The position numbers and the translations under genes are program-made. A stretch of DNA of 64,000 nucleotides from the human T2T-CHM13v2.0 reference genome, Homo sapiens. How positions within the stretch are numbered: the stretch's first letter is position 1; each line of letters starts with the position of its first letter. The notes beneath the pieces were generated by a model. It ran no database searches, was not told where the DNA came from, and saw nothing but the letters and a program-made list of their open reading frames with translations. Of the stretch, positions 26,864-38,955 are shown piece by piece. The stretch lies in NCBI RefSeq assembly GCF_009914755.1, contig NC_060925.1. One strand, given 5' to 3'.

Positions 26864-27318
26864 TGTATGGTTCCCAGTGGCTGCTGTGACAAAAAACCAT
26901 AAACTGGGTGACTGAAAACAATATAAATATGCTTTCTCACAGTTCCAAAGGCTAGATGTCCAAAATCAAGGTGTCACAGGTCCATGTTCCCTCTGAAAAC
27001 TCTAAGAAGGATCCTTCCTGCCTTCTTCCTAGCTTCTGGTGCTCTAGGCAATACTTAGCGTTCCCTGGCTTTTGGACACATTACTCCAATCCCTCCCTCC
27101 TTTGTTACATGGCATTTTCATTGTGCCTCTCCTCTGTGTCATCACATGGCTTTTTATAAAGATGTCATTTATTGAATTTAGGACTCACCCTAATCCAGTA
27201 TGACCTAACCTCAACTTGATTACATCTGCAAAGACCCCATTTCAAATAAGGTTACATTTTCAAGTACTGGGGATTTGGACCACGACATACCTATTTGGGG
27301 GCATAATTTAACCCACAG
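26864..27318 (-). mobile_element. MLT1C LTR
   Basis: 'ggctgctgtgacaaaaaaccataaactgggtgact...gattacatctgcaaagaccccatttc...ataatttaacccaca'. Confidence 0.85.
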
Positions 27319-27679
27319 CTGATGCCATGACTTATATTCTTCGTACCTAGAGGCAGATGTATTTTAAGCTTGGATAGTCCCAAAGATACCTGACACTAGT
27401 CAGCCATGGCGTCAGTCCCAGCTGGAGCCCTGCCACAACAGGGCAGAAGTCTGGCCTCATGTCCTTTGGCGGATGCAGTAGGCAATAGGGATGCAGTAGG
27501 TCACTGACTCCGAAGCTCCCTCATGGCCTCATGCACGAAAGCACACAATCCTGGATGTGCTACAGCAGGAAGTACCAAGGCCGGAGTGGAGCACTGACTC
27601 TCTCATTAGTATGCCATAGGACCCGCACAAGCCACTTCTCTGAGCATCCGGTCATTACTTTATTGTTTTGTATGAATGA

Positions 27680-28130
27680 AAGAGCAGACACTTACTGGGC
27701 ATTTGCTATGTGCCAGAGCAGGGGCTGGGGCCTGGGATACAGAAATCATTAAAATTCCACCCTCAATGAACCTAGCATTCATAGGGGATAAATCACTCTC
27801 TTGTGAGGTCTGAAGCAGATCAAAGCTCTCTATGATTCATAACATGCTGTACACGTGTCAGCAGCAAAGATAACTCACAGGGTTCAGGCCAGGAAGTCCT
27901 TTGTGACAACCCCACGGTTCCTCCATTAGGTCTTTGACACCTGTAAACACGGCAGCCTGAAATTCAGAGGAGGACATTCACTTTTTATTCACTTATATAT
28001 TAATTTGAGTATCGATCCTGTTCCAGGCACACGGCTAGGTTCTGAAGATGCAACAGTGAACAGAGCAGGCACTGGCCCTGACCCAGGCGACTTCCAGTCT
28101 ACAGTAGACACAGACATTCAATAAGTGACA
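27680..28130 (-). mobile_element. L2 3'-end remnants (two pieces)
   Basis: 'cacttactgggcatttgctatgtgccag' and 'ttccaggcacacggctaggttctgaagatgcaacagtgaacag'. Confidence 0.55.
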
Positions 28131-28443
28131 AGTTCTAACTTTCCCAGAAACTCTTGCTTTGGCCTTAAAGATAGGATAAATTTTTTCAAAGTTTTCAACA
28201 TTGCATCTCAATGGATTCCAGACATAAACCCAGTCCTCTGACTTTCATTCAAGATCCTTTCCACCTTATCAAACTGGTCCTTTAGGAGACAAGGGCAGGG
28301 CCTGCCACTGCTCAGAGAAGGAGTGTTGTGCATCTCCCATGAAGTCCTACCTGGGAAGGTGCATGCTAAGGATTAAAGTATTGGCATGAGGAAGGAGTTC
28401 TATTATTAGGGGGGCATATGGATATATGCAGATGCCTGTGACT

Positions 28444-28445
<2 letters not shown>

Positions 28446-28482
<37 letters not shown>

Positions 28483-28521
28483 GAGAGAGAGAGAGACAGA
28501 GGGAAAGAGAGAGAGAGAGAA
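28446..28521 (+). repeat. Compound microsatellite: (GT)17 followed by imperfect (GA)n
   Basis: Read directly from the sequence. Confidence 0.97.
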
Positions 28522-28814
28522 AGCAGAACATGCACACAAGCTGTCATGTGGGTTCCTAACTCCAGACCTTGCCTTTCCTAAAAGTTTTAGGTTGAATCTT
28601 GGTTGGGTTTAGCATTGCATTCATCTCTTTTCTGTTGGGGTTCCTCTTCCGTAAGATGCACAAGATGTTTGCCCACTACAAGGGACAGGAAGTCACTCTT
28701 ACCTAGAATAAAACTTTACATTGTTGGAAAATACTCTTCCCTCCTCTCCCCTTTCCACATTCATCCTCTGAGCAACAGCCTTGGGGTTGAATTAGAAAAG
28801 AAAAAGAAGGCAGG

Positions 28815-29095
28815 TTTCCTGTCCTTAAGGAGCTCACTCATGTTTGAGGGTCTTAGAGAAGTAGACTGATAATGACAGTGCAATGTGGTGGGTGCTAAGT
28901 TTGGGCACAGCAGTACCCTGTGCTTATCTTCAAGGCAGCAGCTGACTTAGAGCACTCACAGAGGCCATCACTGAGGAGGTGACCCTGGGCTAAGTTTTGA
29001 AAGATGCATAGGTGTTAGCAAAATAGAGGAGAAGGAAATTCCAGGGACAGGACACAGTGGATGCAAAGGTACGGAGCCAGAAAATAGTAAGACAT
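28815..29095 (-). mobile_element. L2 remnant
   Basis: 'cttaaggagctcac...actgaggaggtgaccctgggctaag...attccagggacag'. Confidence 0.65.
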
Positions 29096-31489
29096 GTCCC
29101 ACCCACCCGCAACCTCGGAGGGAATGGAGGGGGCGAATCAGGGCAGCCCCCCTCCTCCCCTCCTCTCCAAGCATTGTGGAAAAGTTGTTCATTGATTAGT
29201 AAGATGCCAAGACGGAGATAAACGATTGAATACTATTGCAGGGATCACTGTGTATTAAAGGGTCACTTTTAGAGCAGGAGGGAAGCCAGGGCCCAGCCTG
29301 CAGCAGGGAGACCCAGCCTTTCCCTCTTTCCCGTCACACATGTGTTCCAGTACGTTCATCTCTGGTCTCTTGGCCCATAGGGCTGCCTGGCTGATGCTAT
29401 GATCCCAAGATTTGAATTTAGGCTTAAGGGCTTATGAAAAAGCTCCAGAAAACTCCACTTAGAGGTTTTGGGTACAAGTCCAGCTATTAATACAGTCTTT
29501 GATTTTTCATGTGTAAGGGTGCCTGAGCAATCCTGGATCCCTGGTCTAATAAAACCCAAGCTGTAGCCCACAATTGTTCCTAACACCCTCTTTCCTGATG
29601 CGCTGGCATCCAGCTTTCTTTCTTCACTTTCCTCTTTTTCAGAGGGACCACCAGGCTCAAGCCAATCTCCTGTTGCCTTTTTTTCTTTGTCTACTTACCC
29701 CACTGTGTCCTGTGTTTTATGTGTGTCCAGATCATCCTAAAGCCTGGAGGGAGGCTCACGTCATTTTCGCCTTTGGATTCTCCATAGCCTTGAGTACATC
29801 CAGGGTAAATGTGTAATAAACCATGGATTCAACTTTTCCTGGCTGTGAAAGGAGAAATTAACATTAGTGTTGTTTGTTGTGGGTTTTATCTAATGTGGTT
29901 TGTTCATTCACACCTCCAACAACTCTTCACTGGGGGCCAGGAAAGAAGTGATCCTAAGTACTTGTCCTTATGGCTTACAGTCTCACTGAATCCTCCTCAC
30001 TATCCTTATGGTTTGTTTTTATTAACCCAAAGTTAACCAAACAGGAAGCAGAGCGACTGAACAGAGAAGGCCACCATGTTTGCAGGTGAGGCTTCTGGGA
30101 CTTGAACCCAGGTTTGTAAGTCATGGGGGCAGGTGTCCTGGGGAATGGCCATCTCTGTGGTACTTTCTGGCTGGGCTCCCTTGGCTGCGTTGCCAGCACA
30201 GCCAATGCACATCACTTGTCTGTTGCTGTAACTGCAGCCACCCACTTCCTCCCCACTGTGGCAGCATTTCTAGAACCTGGCAAGGGACAGCTGTGGACCC
30301 AAGCCAGGCCCATTACAAGAGTGTTTTTTCTCCTCTCTAAAGTGGCCTATCCTGAAATGTGTGATGCTGTCTCTACATGGCCATAATTTGAAGTTCCCTC
30401 CCTTTTAATAATCCTTTTAAAGAAAAATCACAGCAACACCCACATGATTTGTGATTACCAGAGTAAAAACCACTTTTTTTTTCCCATCATCCTGGCATCT
30501 GGAGATGAGCAAAGCAGAGGAACAGAGTGTTACGTGCTGTCTCCAAACACCTTCTCCCAGGCAGGCGTTCCCTCCAGCACAGCCAGCCCAGCAGTTGGGA
30601 GGCTGCTGCCCTGGTCCCCACTCTGCCATGGAAAGAACTTGTGCCAATTGCTTCATTCCCACACTGATTTTCCCAATAAACACACACTGCACCCCTCAGT
30701 GCCACACCTGTGCTGGGTGCTAACTGAGCAGAGACACAGAGAAGTGACCTCGTCTCCAAAGATGTCCCCAGCTGATGGCCTAATGGGAAAGGCACATCTC
30801 CCTGCCAGAGCTGGATGAGTGCATAGATTCTCACCAGGCGAAGAAAGGAAAGGCATTTCAGTCAGATGTCACAGCAAAGGCAAGGAGTGGAGGCTGGAAG
30901 AACAGCTGAGTCCAGGGTAGGTGAGGAGTGCAGTGTTTGTGGAGGGAATATTTACTTGGAGGGAATGTGGCTGGAAAGGTAGGCTAGAGCCACCTAGGGA
31001 GGGCTCCAATGAAGACAAGGAGTTGGCTTTATCCTTTATAAGCTGGGAAGACACTGAGATATTATAGACGCAGCAGATGATTCTTGCTGCACCCAGGACT
31101 GGGGTGGGCTGTGGGGGGGAATGTGTTGAGTCTTCAAAAACATGGGTATAGACAGGCATTAGGGCAGATAGTAAAATGTTTTTTCTTTCTTTCTCTGCTT
31201 CTTTTTCTCTCTCTCCCTTGCTCCCATTCTTTTTGTTTTAATAAAAAATATTTAATCTATTTATACTCAAAGCTAAGAAATATGTTGCACTGATCTATGC
31301 CCAGGTAACCGGGATGCAGAGGAAATATTATTAAGGAATTAGAAACACGTGATTTACAATCTCAGCCTTCCCACTTCGAAATTAACACCTTCTATGATTT
31401 GGGCACTGCGTTCAGCATTTTTACCAACATCGCCTCTAATCCTCACAGCCTTGCAGAGTAGATTAAAATAACAACAGCCACAACAAGAA

Positions 31490-31705
31490 CAACAGCACAT
31501 ACACAAATACCATTTGTTTACTGAGTAATTATGTTCTAAGCACTATGAGAAGAACTGTAAAGACAACAACCTTGTTGAAGCAGGTTGTGTTATCATCCCT
31601 GTTGTGCAGATGAAGAGACTGAGGCTGAAAGAGCACAGAAAACTTGCCCAGGCCATTGTGTGGAAGAGCTTGTCTGACTCCAACCCCACACCTGTCCACA
31701 CTACC
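31490..31705 (-). mobile_element. MIR
   Basis: 'ttatcatccctgttgtgcagatgaagagactgaggct...aacttgcccagg'. Confidence 0.7.
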
Positions 31706-33033
31706 ATCCTGCCGCTTATCACCCAGCCCCCTTCTCTCCAGACACGGGGTTGATGGCCCTTACCCTGCTGCTGTACATAGGTGGTGTGAAGGTTAAGTGA
31801 AGAATTATTTTGCAAATTGCAAACAACATACCAGTACGTATCTGTGGAGTGTGATTATTATCAATAAAAATTATTGATTCCAGATAGAAAAATAATTTTA
31901 ATAAATGAATGCCTCAGCCTCCCTGAAGTTGGCTTTATTTTTATAAAATATAAATCCTTAGGTTTATTTGTGTTGTTTATTAGATGCCTAAGCCACAGAT
32001 TGCTTCATACTCTAGTAACATTGAAAAGCAAAAACAATTAGGAAATGAGTCAATAACTTAGCAGCTGATTTTTAAAGAAACTTTTATTTTGTTGATCAAA
32101 GATTTCTTTTATAGTGGGTTGATTCTAGTACAGGCAAGCATTGGTAGGTCCAGATAGTTTTGAGGATATTAATTTCATTTTGGAAAATGGCTCAGACCGC
32201 ACCCACATATCCAGGTGTTTCCAGGACTACGTGAAACCCAACAGGAGACCTTTTGTCTCCCTTCTTCAGAGCATTTTACAAAGCATATTTATCATCTCTG
32301 GAATGGTAGTGTATGGAGCCAGGCTGGGCGGCCAACAGGAGGAAAGGGTGGGTGGGAGGCACGCTTTGTTCCAGAATAGAGTGCCTTTCCTGGATGTCAG
32401 GAGGGTGGAAAAATGGCCCCTTCTAATAAACACAGATGGCCTGGGTGCATCCCTGAGTTTTTACTTTAAAAGGATAAAAAGTGAGCCGTACCTTCAATTG
32501 GAGACACATGGGAAGCCTGTTGGGCTCAAAGAGCTGGCTGCCCTGGGAGACAGGAGAGGCTGCCTTCCCGGGGCTCTCATCTTCATCATCCCTTCTCATC
32601 ATCTTTTCCACACCTCTCTGCAGCCCTACCACCAATTCCCTGCCCTGAACCAGGCCCAAGATACCTCAGTTTCTCCCCGCTTTTACCCTCTCTGCTCTGT
32701 GTCTGTCATCGAATTACTTCATAGACCTCTGTGAGCCTTGGTTTCTTTCTGTGAAGCACTATAAAGCAGCAGTCCTGCAGGGAAGATCTGGGAGGTCAGT
32801 GAGATACTTTGTTCTGTGTAAGGTACTAGTCAGCACCCACCTTGGAAGTGCTGGGGAAAGCTTGGGACTTACAGCTTCTGCTCTTCACCTCCTAAGTCAA
32901 TTGCATGGAGACAGGTGTTTCATACCACCTGACCCCTGAGTCTGTCTCTTCCTCTCTTTTCTATAATTGCACAAATCCCTAGGGCATTCTTTGTTTCATT
33001 TTATCCTCACATCAACCATGCTGGGAAGATCAC

Positions 33034-33595
33034 TGTACTATTTACCTATTGCTATGTAGCAAATTACCCTAAGATGGAATGGTTTAGAAGAACAAGCATA
33101 TATTACAATGGAAAGGACTTGGGATGATAATGATGTGTCAGTGTAAGTTCATTGATTTCTGAGAGTAGAGAGGTTGGGAGGGGCTTAGTTGGTTGGTTCT
33201 GGATCCGTATCTCTCATGAGGCTGCAGTCAAGCAGTTGGCTGGGGCTGCAGGCATTGAGGACTGGGTTGTCAATTTCCAAGCTCAAACTCACTCAAAGGG
33301 CTGGGGTTGGAGCAACTGGCAGGAGAGTTTTGCTACTGCCAAATGGGCCTCATCATAGTGCTGCTTATGACATAGCTGCTGGCTTCCCCCAGATACAGTG
33401 AAGAAAGAGAGCCACCAGAAGGAATGCTAGCCACACTATCTTTTATCACCTAATCTTGGAAGTGCTATAGCATCACTTCTGCCATATTCTGTTGGTCACA
33501 CAGGCAACCCTGGTACTGCATGGCAGGGGACTCCACAAACTGTGGATACCAGGAGGTGGGGATTGTGGTGGCTGTCTTGGGGGGTGGCTACCATG
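33034..33595 (-). mobile_element. MLT1H LTR
   Basis: 'ctattgctatgtagcaaattaccc...catcacttctgccatattctgttggtcacacag...ggataccaggagg...ggctacca'. Confidence 0.8.
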
Positions 33596-35014
33596 GCCAC
33601 CCAGAAAGTGAATGGCAGTACTAGCTGATCGCCTGTTTGTGCCCTGGACAGTAGGCCTGCCAGTCACTGATGTGTGGGAATGAAAAGATGCAATGCCTGG
33701 CAATGTGCCCAATAGGTATTTGATGAAGAAATAAAAGATTGGTTTTTATAAAATAGTTCTGATTGGTTTTTTTGCTACTAAAACCATCAGCATTGTCTGA
33801 TGGATTAAGTACAAATTTCTGACCCAGACATTTATAATCTTTCTGAATGTGGCCCTAGTCTCCAATTTCAGTTTCCAAACTCAAGTCTATGCTCATGTCA
33901 CAGTTTCTGCCTGGGCTGCCCTTAAAGTTTTGAAATACAGCTCCTCTTCAAGGTCAAGCTAACTAACCCCACCTTCTTTGGTGTCCACGTCTCCTGTCTC
34001 CTTGCCCTTAGTAGCAGCCTCCCTGGTTCCTGATGGTGGTGCGCTTGCTCACTCAGGCATTCTATTGACCTTTGAAGTTGGTGCTCAACAACTTTGGCCA
34101 GAAAGGAAGTTTTCTGCAGAGACTGGCAATGTGTTTCTGACTATGTCTTACATATGTTTTTTTCCAATATAGCTTTTCTTGTACCTCCAGAGGACAGGCA
34201 CATTTTTAATTTAAACACACCCCTAAAGGACTTGGCATACAGAAGTGACTGCCCATCTCTTGCAGGAAGTTCAGTCTCAAATTCCTTTCCTCCTACCATT
34301 TCATGAGTGACATGCCAGGCGGAATTTATTCAGATGAGGTCTTCCTACACTGGTAGAATGAATATTTTTGATTCCCTAAGTGAATTATTCATATAAACTT
34401 CAGAGTTGGAAAGTTTCTATACAGAGTCAGTGGGGAAGTATTTGTCTAAGATATCTACCCTACCTAGCCATTAATAAAATGTCCTACATTTAGATGCCAC
34501 ATATTTTATAGGAGTCACATATTTTATAACATCAAGATAGAAGCAAATAGATCCTTATAACAGAAAAGTTTTACAAGTTTTAAAATCAGAAAGTTCTAGA
34601 TATCGAATTCCAACTGCAATACTTTCTAGCTGACCACTTTTGGTCAAACCACTCATTGCCATTTCACCAAAGATAAAACTGAGGTTTGGAGAAAGATGAC
34701 TGTCAGCATATAACCTACATATAGTAGGAACACAATATTAATGTATATAAATGCATATATGTAACTTGATTGCCTCTGGGCTTCAGTTTCCTCTTTTATA
34801 AAATAGGAATTATAAAACGGGAATTAGATGTGGCATATATTACATATATGTACCACTTTAAAAGCTAAGCCTCAGTGTCTTAATCTGTACAATGGGGATT
34901 ATTATCTCTACTCTCTCCATCTCATTTGATCCCCACAGTTGTGTGAGGTAAAGCAAGTGAAGCTTCTTTGTGGGGCACTTTCCTTTGTGATAATGCCCTT
35001 CATTAGTAGCCTGT

Positions 35015-35200
35015 AATCATGGTGTAGGGAAAGAGCACAGGCTCTGTGTTCTGGAAGTCCTGGATTCAAATCCTAGCTATTGAGCTTACTAATCATAGGG
35101 GAAATTAGCTAATTCCGGAATGTCTTTGATCCTTGGTTTCCTCCTCTGTAAATGGAATCCTGTCTGGAAGAGTACCCGGAACATGGCAGCACCTTTTCAT
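35015..35200 (+). mobile_element. MIR
   Basis: 'aagagcacaggctctg...ctggattcaaatcctagct...gtttcctcctctgtaaatgg'. Confidence 0.7.
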
Positions 35201-35919
35201 TCACCGCTTTGTGCCACTTAGGTGTTGGTGTTTTTCCCAGTAATTGAGAGAATGGATGAGACGTATGAGTGAGTTTTCCCTATGGGACAGCATAGCAGTT
35301 TCTCATCCTACAGTTTCCAATTCGTGAATGGCTTTACTTTAACAAAATGACAGATAATGAGAGGGAAAGTAGTGTTTGAATGCTTAGACGCCTGTTCTCT
35401 CCAATGTCGCAATGTTGTCAAGAACTATCTTTATTCCCTGATTGTCCTGGAGAAGAGAAACATAAAAGCCTTATTCATAGTTTTAATTCTCATTCCAGAG
35501 AGGAACAGTGGGTTCTTTCTCCAGTTGTTCTGTCCTTACTGGGGAGGAGCCCAGGGACATATTTCACAGCTAAGTCAACTGCTTTTCTTCAAATTCAGAT
35601 TTAATCCTTGAGTGAAATGAGTCACTGGCTCATCCAGTTAAGATCATCACCCACTTTCCTAACAAAACTTCTCTTCAAAGAAGGACTCGCTCATCCATCA
35701 GGTATTTATTTAGCACTCACTACATAGTAGATACTGTTTTGGCAGCTTGGAGCAACAGAGCAGGAAATAAGAGAGGCAACTAGAGCAGTGTTGTATGGTG
35801 GAAAGAACTCTAGTTCTGGTGCTGAGAAACTTGGCTTCACCTCCTGGTCTCGGAACTTACTTTCTGTGCAGCTCTTTGAATCTGGGGTATAACAGATGCC
35901 TGTTTCACAGGATTGTTTT

Positions 35920-36166
35920 TATTTATTTGTTTATTTATTTAATTTTTTTGAGATCAAGTCTCGCTTTGTCATCCAGCCTCCTGAGTAGCTGGGATTACAA
36001 GCATGCGCCAACATGCCACTAATGCCCAGCTAATTTTTGTATTTTTAGTAGAGATAGGGTTTCACCATATTGGCCAGGCTGGTCTCGAACTCTAGACCTC
36101 AAGTGATCCACCTGCCTTGGCCTCCCAAAGTGCTGGGATTACAGGCATGAGCCACTGCGCTTGGCC
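35920..36166 (-). mobile_element. AluS (Sx/Sz-like) with an internal right-arm deletion
   Basis: Antisense Alu ending '...gagccactgcgcttggcc'; TSD cacaggattgtttt / cataggactgtttt; inserted in a MIR. Confidence 0.92.
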
Positions 36167-36189
36167 CCATAGGACTGTTTTGAGGCATG

Positions 36190-36400
36190 TGGTATTCTGG
36201 CTAGACATCTGAGGTTCAGACGGACTTCGGATACAATCCCAGCTATGCCACTTAAGATCATGTGGCCTTGGGCAAATCACTTCACTTCTTTGAACCTCAG
36301 TTTCTTCATCTACAAAACAGAAATAATAAGGCATCTCTTGGAAGACTGTTGGGATGGTTCAGAGCTAAGAGCAGCAAATGAAAGAGTTTTGTGAAATTCA
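36190..36400 (+). mobile_element. MIR
   Basis: 'ccttgggcaaatcacttcacttctttgaacctcagtttcttcatctacaaaa'. Confidence 0.75.
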
Positions 36401-38089
36401 AGGCAGGGAGAAGATTTTTCCAGGCCAAACTGAAATCCCTTCTGATGTTTCTAGCTTTTCCTGAGGTTCTTTCACACATTTCTTAATTAGACCTGCCTGA
36501 AGCAGGCTGCAAGAAGACTAGAATCTTTGTCTTTGTTTCTTCCATTACTCTTTGAAACAGATCCTTGGTGGCTAAAACCCAGAGTGAAAACAAAGTAACT
36601 TATCAAGGTAACTTTTCAGCCTGCTTGCCCTTGTCACGGGTCTACCCTGGACAAGGGTGGGCCCTTCTGGCTTTGCTCTGCATGTGAAGTCCTGTGCTTT
36701 TATGACCCAGGAGATCACTGTCCCTCCTCTCCAGCTCTTGCTATCAGGTCATTTCAGCAAATGTCTCTCAGGGGCGTTCCCTCTAGATGGGGCCAGAGTT
36801 TCCCTTCTTTGGCTCATCCTGCATATGCAAATACATCTACTGAATCCTGGCATTCTAAACTGTGGGTAGTCTGGGCCCAATAGCCTTTTAGGGCAGGGCA
36901 CTGTGAGTCAATAATGGAAAGTTAGAGTCGCTGGTGTCCTGGATCTAAGTGTCCCCATCCCTCCACCCATTAGAGAGGGCGGAGGACTCTCTAAGGCTCT
37001 GCAAAAATTTTCCATATGGCAGGATATAGAAGCACACTCCAATGGAGCCCAAACCTGCTCTGGAGTTGGCCTGATGGCAGAACTAAGGGCTCGGTGATCC
37101 TTCTAGGGCTCTCTTGGCTAGAATTGATACACATGGACCTTTTTTGAGGGGCAATGGAAGGAGGAAGGAATCAATGCATGGCTGAGAGCCGAACAGAGGG
37201 TCAAGGATGTTAGGGAGGGTGAAGGGATTGTGTGGCATCTGTGTCCCTGCTGTCTGGAAAGCTGGGACATGATGGGTAGATGGTGGATATTCATAAGGCA
37301 TGGAAGTGAGAATTGATTCACTGGTGCAAAAGCAGGGGCATTTTTCACCATTAATTTCCAGTTATCACGAGCTTTTATAGCACTGATTTTACAGGGCCAC
37401 ACTGTCAGTTTTTCAAGTCTGATGCCTACTTGGGAGATTATTCCAAGCTTTTCTCTCTGAAAGCCTCAGTTTCCTCATTTGTAAAATGGGAATGACAATA
37501 ATTCTTGCCTCAGATCCTGGGTGCAGAAGTCAAGTTGGATGTCAACATATGAAACTCTTCAGAAACTCTAAACCCTGGGCAGTTATTGGAAATCTAGAAG
37601 GAATGAAACTAGCTTGTGAAAAGCCTAAGGGAAAAAGGGAAAGGGGCAGTTATACCTGTGTCAGATAGGCTCATGAATGGAAAACTTGGCTGCAAGTGGA
37701 CCTCTTTGTTCAAAACAGAACATTCCTACTTATTAGCTGATTCTTGAAGTGGTCACTTCCACAGGCGTCCACTGTGGTTCTGGTCAGTGGAGGCCTCAGC
37801 ATGCGAACATTCGCCAGGATGGCAGATTTTGAGCCTGTTGGTGACACCTGGGTCATCACAAACTTAGCTAAACTCTTTCTTCCCATGAAGGGAGATTGAT
37901 TCCAGAATCTAAGTTTGGGCCAGCAGGTTATTTGAAACTAGCTCTGGGTGTCTTAGAAATACATGGGGAGGAAGAACAAAACGTTTGTCTTCTTTGAGCT
38001 TTTGATGGGAAGGCCTTTGAGCCTCTTCCTTTTCTTTTCCTTCCCTGCACCCCCAGGCTCCTTTAGAAAAAAAGGTTTATTGTGAGCTC

Positions 38090-38260
38090 ATAGAATCATA
38101 AAATTTTGGACCTGGTTCCTGGTGGGAGGACCTTGGGTTCATTGAATCCAATCCTTCCATGGTACAGCAAAGGAAATGTGGGTCCAGAGTAGGAAGGATG
38201 TGTACCTGAGGTAGCACAGCCTTGTCATGTTGGGAGACAACTCGTTTCCTGCTTCTTAGT
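38090..38260 (-). mobile_element. MIR3
   Basis: 'atagaatcataaaatttt...gaggaccttgggttcattgaatccaatccttc'. Confidence 0.55.
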
Positions 38261-38483
38261 GAAGATCCTTCAGTCAACTAAGAAGTGGGTCCAAACTCTC
38301 CTCTCACCCTTAGGATAACTCTCCAGGCATATAGGATTTCTTGGACCTTCATATTGAGTTTCTTAGGGAGACAGAGCAGTGAGCCATCTGAGGCTTTGTG
38401 TTCTCTGCTGCTCCCGTTGTCTGAGTCCTGTGGCCACTGAGCCCTGCTGCCACTCTTCCCGTCCCAGACTCAGTTACTGCCAC

Positions 38484-38611
38484 CAGGGCTTGGACTGAGG
38501 TGAAGCAAGAAAGGAAGCCATCTGCCTGGGCAATTACAGGAACTTGAGAAGAAGGCTTCCTTAAATTTTCACCCTAGGCCCTTCACTTGCCTCACCCTGA
38601 TGCCAGCCTTG
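38484..38611. mobile_element. MER53 palindromic hAT relic (internally deleted), inside an L2
   Basis: Arms 'cagggcttggactgaggtgaagcaag' and 'ccttaaattttcaccctagg...cttgcctcaccctgatgccagccttg'. Confidence 0.65.
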
Positions 38612-38955
38612 ACCTCTTCTGGCATTCCGCAAACGTGTCATGCCCTCTCCCACCTCAGGACTTTTGTGTTTGCTGCTTCTTTTTGGCCTGGAACATTCCA
38701 TCCCTGAGAGCTGTGTGGCACCCTCACTGCCTTCTGTCTGGGCTCTAAGATCACCTTGGAGGGAACTTCCCTGAGGTGGGGTGGCTGTGTCTTCTGTTTA
38801 TCCCTCACCCAGTTTTATTTTTCACCCCAGCACTCAACAACTCCTGACACGTTTGTTTACTTCTTGCCTTGACCCTCCATGTGGTATGAATGACGGCCCC
38901 TGAAAGTGGCAGAGTGGGGGCAACCCTCAATACATATTGGTTGACTAAAGGATGG
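38612..38955 (+). mobile_element. L2a 3' region
   Basis: 'cccacctcaggacttttgtgtttgctg...cctggaaca...ctcaatacatattggttga'. Confidence 0.7.

Noticed and set aside
32141-32734. Longest non-repeat ORF (197 aa)
   Set aside because: Starts at TTG, has no recognisable domain or exon-like splice boundaries, and is within chance expectation for 64 kb
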